This document shows, piece by piece, positions 60,606 to 64,000 of a stretch of 64,000 bases of DNA. The DNA is from Octopus sinensis. Lineage: Eukaryota. Made by a program: the position numbers and the translations under genes. Location: assembly GCF_006345805.1 (NCBI RefSeq), contig NC_043000.1:30938001-31002000 (forward strand), written 5' to 3'. Position 1 is the stretch's first letter. Every line of letters begins with the position of its first letter. Below the pieces are notes generated by a model, which ran no database searches, was not told where the DNA came from, and was given only the letters and a program-made list of their open reading frames with translations.

Positions 60606-61365
60606 TGTGCCTACACCAATGCATCTGAGAATTGATTAAGATCAGGTTCCACACAATTTCCATCTACCAAATTCACTCACAAGATACTGGTTGACCTGGG
60701 GCTATTTTAGAAGAAAATCCTATTCTTCATTACACCAACTTAAAGTAAAGCATCAAATATGAATTTATCAGTTCTCTTGGTCCGTTTTATCATTGGATTC
60801 AGACTCTGGTTCCAATGGCAGTCAACGTGTGGTGGTTAGTGAGTGCAATATCCTCATCACCATTTAACATTCACTACAAGATGAAGGCTGATTGCAAGAT
60901 GCTGAACTCTATGAAGGAGATGAAAAGAAACCCAAGATGATTGATGTTTTGCTGTACTTGAGAAAACCCATCTTTTACAGCAAAAACGACATTCTAAAAC
61001 CACTCAGTTGTGCTGGTACAGGAGGGGGGCACCCCCTCCCTCTCTGTTTGCCTTCACACCAATCACCCCCCTATTTATTCAGCTGTTATAATCACCTGAG
61101 AGTCAATTTGACACACGGTACATCTCCTCCCTTTTGGACACCTCATCTCCCAGAACCACTTCCATTCCTTATTATCATCCCTGTCCACTCTATTTTTAAT
61201 AATCACCCCCTTTCCATGCTTTCAAATACTGCCATCATGTCCCAACTTATTACAACCCCCTACCCTTATGTACCTCTACATCTCCCCCTCTCCATGGCTC
61301 CTACGCCTTACACCTCACTCACTACTTTCTCATCCATTCCCCTCCCTGAACCACTAGCTGGCAGA

Positions 61366-61568
61366 ACCGTTAGCACATCGGGCGAAATGCATAGCAGTAT
61401 TTCGTCTGCTGTTATGTTCTGAGTTCAAATTCCGCCAAGGTTGACTTTGGCTTTCATCCTTTCGGGGCCGATTAAATAAGTACCAGTTATGCACTGGGGT
61501 CGATGTAACCAACTTAATTCGTTTGTCTGTCCCCTCTATGTTTAACCCTTTGTGGGTAATAAAGAAAC
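61366..61568 (+). mobile_element. tRNA-derived SINE (family B)
   Basis: gctggcagaaccgttagcacatcgggcgaaatgc...gagttcaaattccgcc...taaagaaa. Confidence 0.85.
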
Positions 61569-62334
61569 ATATATCTCTAATCTGACCTCTCTTCTATTAG
61601 TATTTCCTTTCAACTGCACCTTCACTCCTGTTCATCACTCACTATATTCACCACAACCTCCATCTGTTTACTCCCCACTTACACTCCTATGAAAGCACCC
61701 ACAAACTCTTTCATCCCCCCCCCTGGACCTACTGACTGTATCCTCTCTTATGCTCACCTTCTTGCTCTTTGAGAGTTTTCTCTAGCACCCCCCCCTCATC
61801 ACTACCTTCTTTTCTCCTCAACAGTGACACACCTGTGCTTGTCCCTGCACCCTATTTTAGCCTTTCAACACTAGGCACAAAGCCTTAAAGACTCTTCTCT
61901 TAATAGTGGGAGCTTTTCCTTTTACTAGTTATTTCACAAACTCGCTAGAGCTGGAGGCACATGCACACACATGGACGGACACACACACACACATGCAAAG
62001 CACCTAGTGCACTCTGAAAAGTGTTTGGCATTAAGAAGAGTATACTGGTGTGGAAACCTTGCCAAAGCTGACACTGGAGCTTGCCAGATCCTGTCAAACT
62101 ATTCAACTCATGCCAGCATGGAGGGTGGACCCTAAATGATGATAATAATGATTTTCCCTGCTGGCATGAATCAGATGCAATCATTAAGGCAGATTTTCTA
62201 CAGCTGGATGCTCTTCCTGTCACCAACCCACACCTGTTTCTAAGCAAGGTAATATTTCCCTATGGTCAGGCATGATTCTCACAGAAAACTGGAAATAAAA
62301 AAACATCCCTTGGATGACAGTGAAATGTCCTCTC

Positions 62335-62547
62335 CTCCCCTGGCACCTGTGCCGGTGGCACGTAAAAAGCACCCACTACACTCATGGAGTGGTTGGCATT
62401 AGGAAGGGGATCCAGCTGTAGAAACACTGCCAGATCAGACTGGAGCCTGGTGCAGCCCCTAGCTTCCCAGACCCCGGTTGAACCGTCCAACCCATGCTAG
62501 CACAGAAAACGGACATTAAACGATGATGATGATGATGATGATGATGC
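62335..62547 (+). mobile_element. RTE 3' UTR-derived repeat (single module)
   Basis: One GTGCCGGTGGCAC module, terminus and (GAT)n tail. Confidence 0.85.
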
Positions 62548-64000
62548 TAAATCAACTAACAACATTTTGGTCAGGCCAGGGCTATAATAGAAGATACTTG
62601 CCCAAGGTGCTGTGTAATGAGACTGAACACATGGATGGGAGACAAGGCTGTTTACCACACAGCCATGCTTGCACTTGTAACATATCAAAATTACTATCAC
62701 AGTCAATCTACGGTTGTTAGTGAGTGCAATACCTTATTAAATATCAACATTACTATTCAAAAGTGTTTACGTCCAGGAGGACATGTCTCTTACTTTTGAA
62801 GAAGTCTTTCTCTTCTTACAAAGGCATTTATGCTCTAGCCATTTTTTTACTTCTATTTCCTCAAAACTTGATGTCCCAAACATCAAGCTTTTTTTTTTCA
62901 TTCTTCACGTAGGTGCTTATGTGGCTGTGTGGTTAAGAAGTTTCATTCCTAACTGTGTGGTTTTGGGTTCAGTTCTGTTGCATGGCATCATGGGAAAGTG
63001 CCTTCTTCATAGCCATAAAGTGGTGACTTGCTGTACTTGAGTGGACATGTCAAGCCAAATAAAATTGCTCTCGTCCATACACATGGGCCATGGTGCCTCA
63101 TAAAATGCCCTTGTGCTGGTGGCACATAAAATACATCCAGTACACTCTGTAAAGTGGTTGGCATTATGAAGGGCATCCAGAAATAAAACCGACCCACAAG
63201 GGACAATTGGAGTCTGGACAGCTCCTGTCAAACCATCCAATCCATACCAGCATCTTTAAAACAATGATGATGATGATGCTGATGATATGTATCAGCTTGC
63301 TTGGAAACAACTGAGACTCAGTATCAGGAAGAGCATGACCTACGCAAGCATGGGAATGTAAACATTAAAATGATGACGAGGGTGCCAATTACTAAATTTA
63401 ATGACATCTGTAGTGTGATGGAGGAAAAGGACAACAGAAAAAGAAGCAACGGGAGAAAGAAATACAAAAGGCCTTACCTTGGCGAAATCAGTGGTCACTC
63501 ACGAATTCAACACGTCTTATCGCTCTCCCATCTTTGCTGGAACTCACCACACATGCTTGCTGACCATGCATGCCCCTTTCACTCTTCCACCAGCCTCTGC
63601 AAGCCTTACTTCCGCCCACCTCATCTGTCATCCTCTCCACCAACACCACATAGCTCATCACAGCCCATAACACCACTAACACCATAACATCTATAAACTT
63701 TGATTCTTACATAAGAATATAAACATTTTGTCAAACATTATAACCATTTATCATCATCATTTAATGCCTGTTTTCTATGCTGACATGTTTAACAGAGTTT
63801 GACAGGAGATTAAAAAGCCGAGAGACATACTTGGCTTCATCGCCTGTTTGGCAGGGTTTCTACATACACTTTACAGAGTATGGGGTGCTTTTTATGTGGG
63901 TACCAGCCCCAACAGTATCATCAAATACCTTGCAAATACCTTGTTTAGTTATTCAAGTAATCTTTGTTAATCACAGAACTCATGTTTTCACAATTGTATT

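Noticed and set aside
60892-61422. 176-aa ORF as the next lectin-gene exon
   Set aside because: The acceptor is weak, no domain is recognisable, and most of it is pyrimidine-rich degenerate repeat; only the first ~40 codons remain a remote possibility.
15601-62490. Many ORF-track proteins sharing FLQLDALPNANH, CHRHG or WMPFL strings as a gene family
   Set aside because: They are different frames of the same non-coding repeat; starts, stops and frames are inconsistent between copies.
7770-62547. Tandem GTGCCNNTGGCAC palindromic modules as a CRISPR-like array
   Set aside because: The context is eukaryotic and intronic, the spacers are homologous between modules and copies, there are no cas genes, and the array is part of an RTE 3' UTR.
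63301-63687. 128-aa ORF and a strong minus-strand donor at about 63478
   Set aside because: All three frames upstream of the donor hit stops after the nearest acceptor, and the peptide is unrecognisable; at most a non-coding exon.

Overview
Eukaryotic, AT-rich, very repeat-dense genomic DNA. The repeat families look like those of an octopus/coleoid cephalopod; this is inferred from recognising the repeats, not from a search. Three genes were assembled by hand from splice sites and translation. (1) The last six coding exons of Host cell factor 1 (HCFC1) on + (3101-12775: DPLATLA motif, C-terminal Fn3 repeats, bipartite NLS). (2) A complete, convergent 10-coding-exon NUDT5-type ADP-sugar pyrophosphatase on - (39492-17529, 210 aa), including a 9-nt micro-exon that the ORF track cannot show. 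(3) Two + strand exons (51129-51341, 57691-57900) encoding one atypical C-type lectin domain that lacks the inner cysteine pair; the rest of that gene is unresolved. Nearly all ORFs in the supplied track are repeat artefacts. The introns hold RTE LINE remnants and dozens of short copies of their hairpin-module 3' UTR with a (GAT)n tail. They also hold three tRNA-derived SINE families, R4/Dong-like, L1/Tx1-like and CR1-like LINE fragments, a decayed piggyBac transposase with TTAA-flanked MITEs, Helentron/HINE-like elements, and a nest of elements inside an (AAT)n microsatellite. I cannot demonstrate a wholly new biological system. The best leads are the modular stem-loop RTE 3' UTR, long fold-back/inverted repeats bracketing NUDT5 exons (candidate dsRNA/ADAR substrates), the (AAT)n retroelement nest, a degenerate hammerhead-like motif, and the micro-exon.
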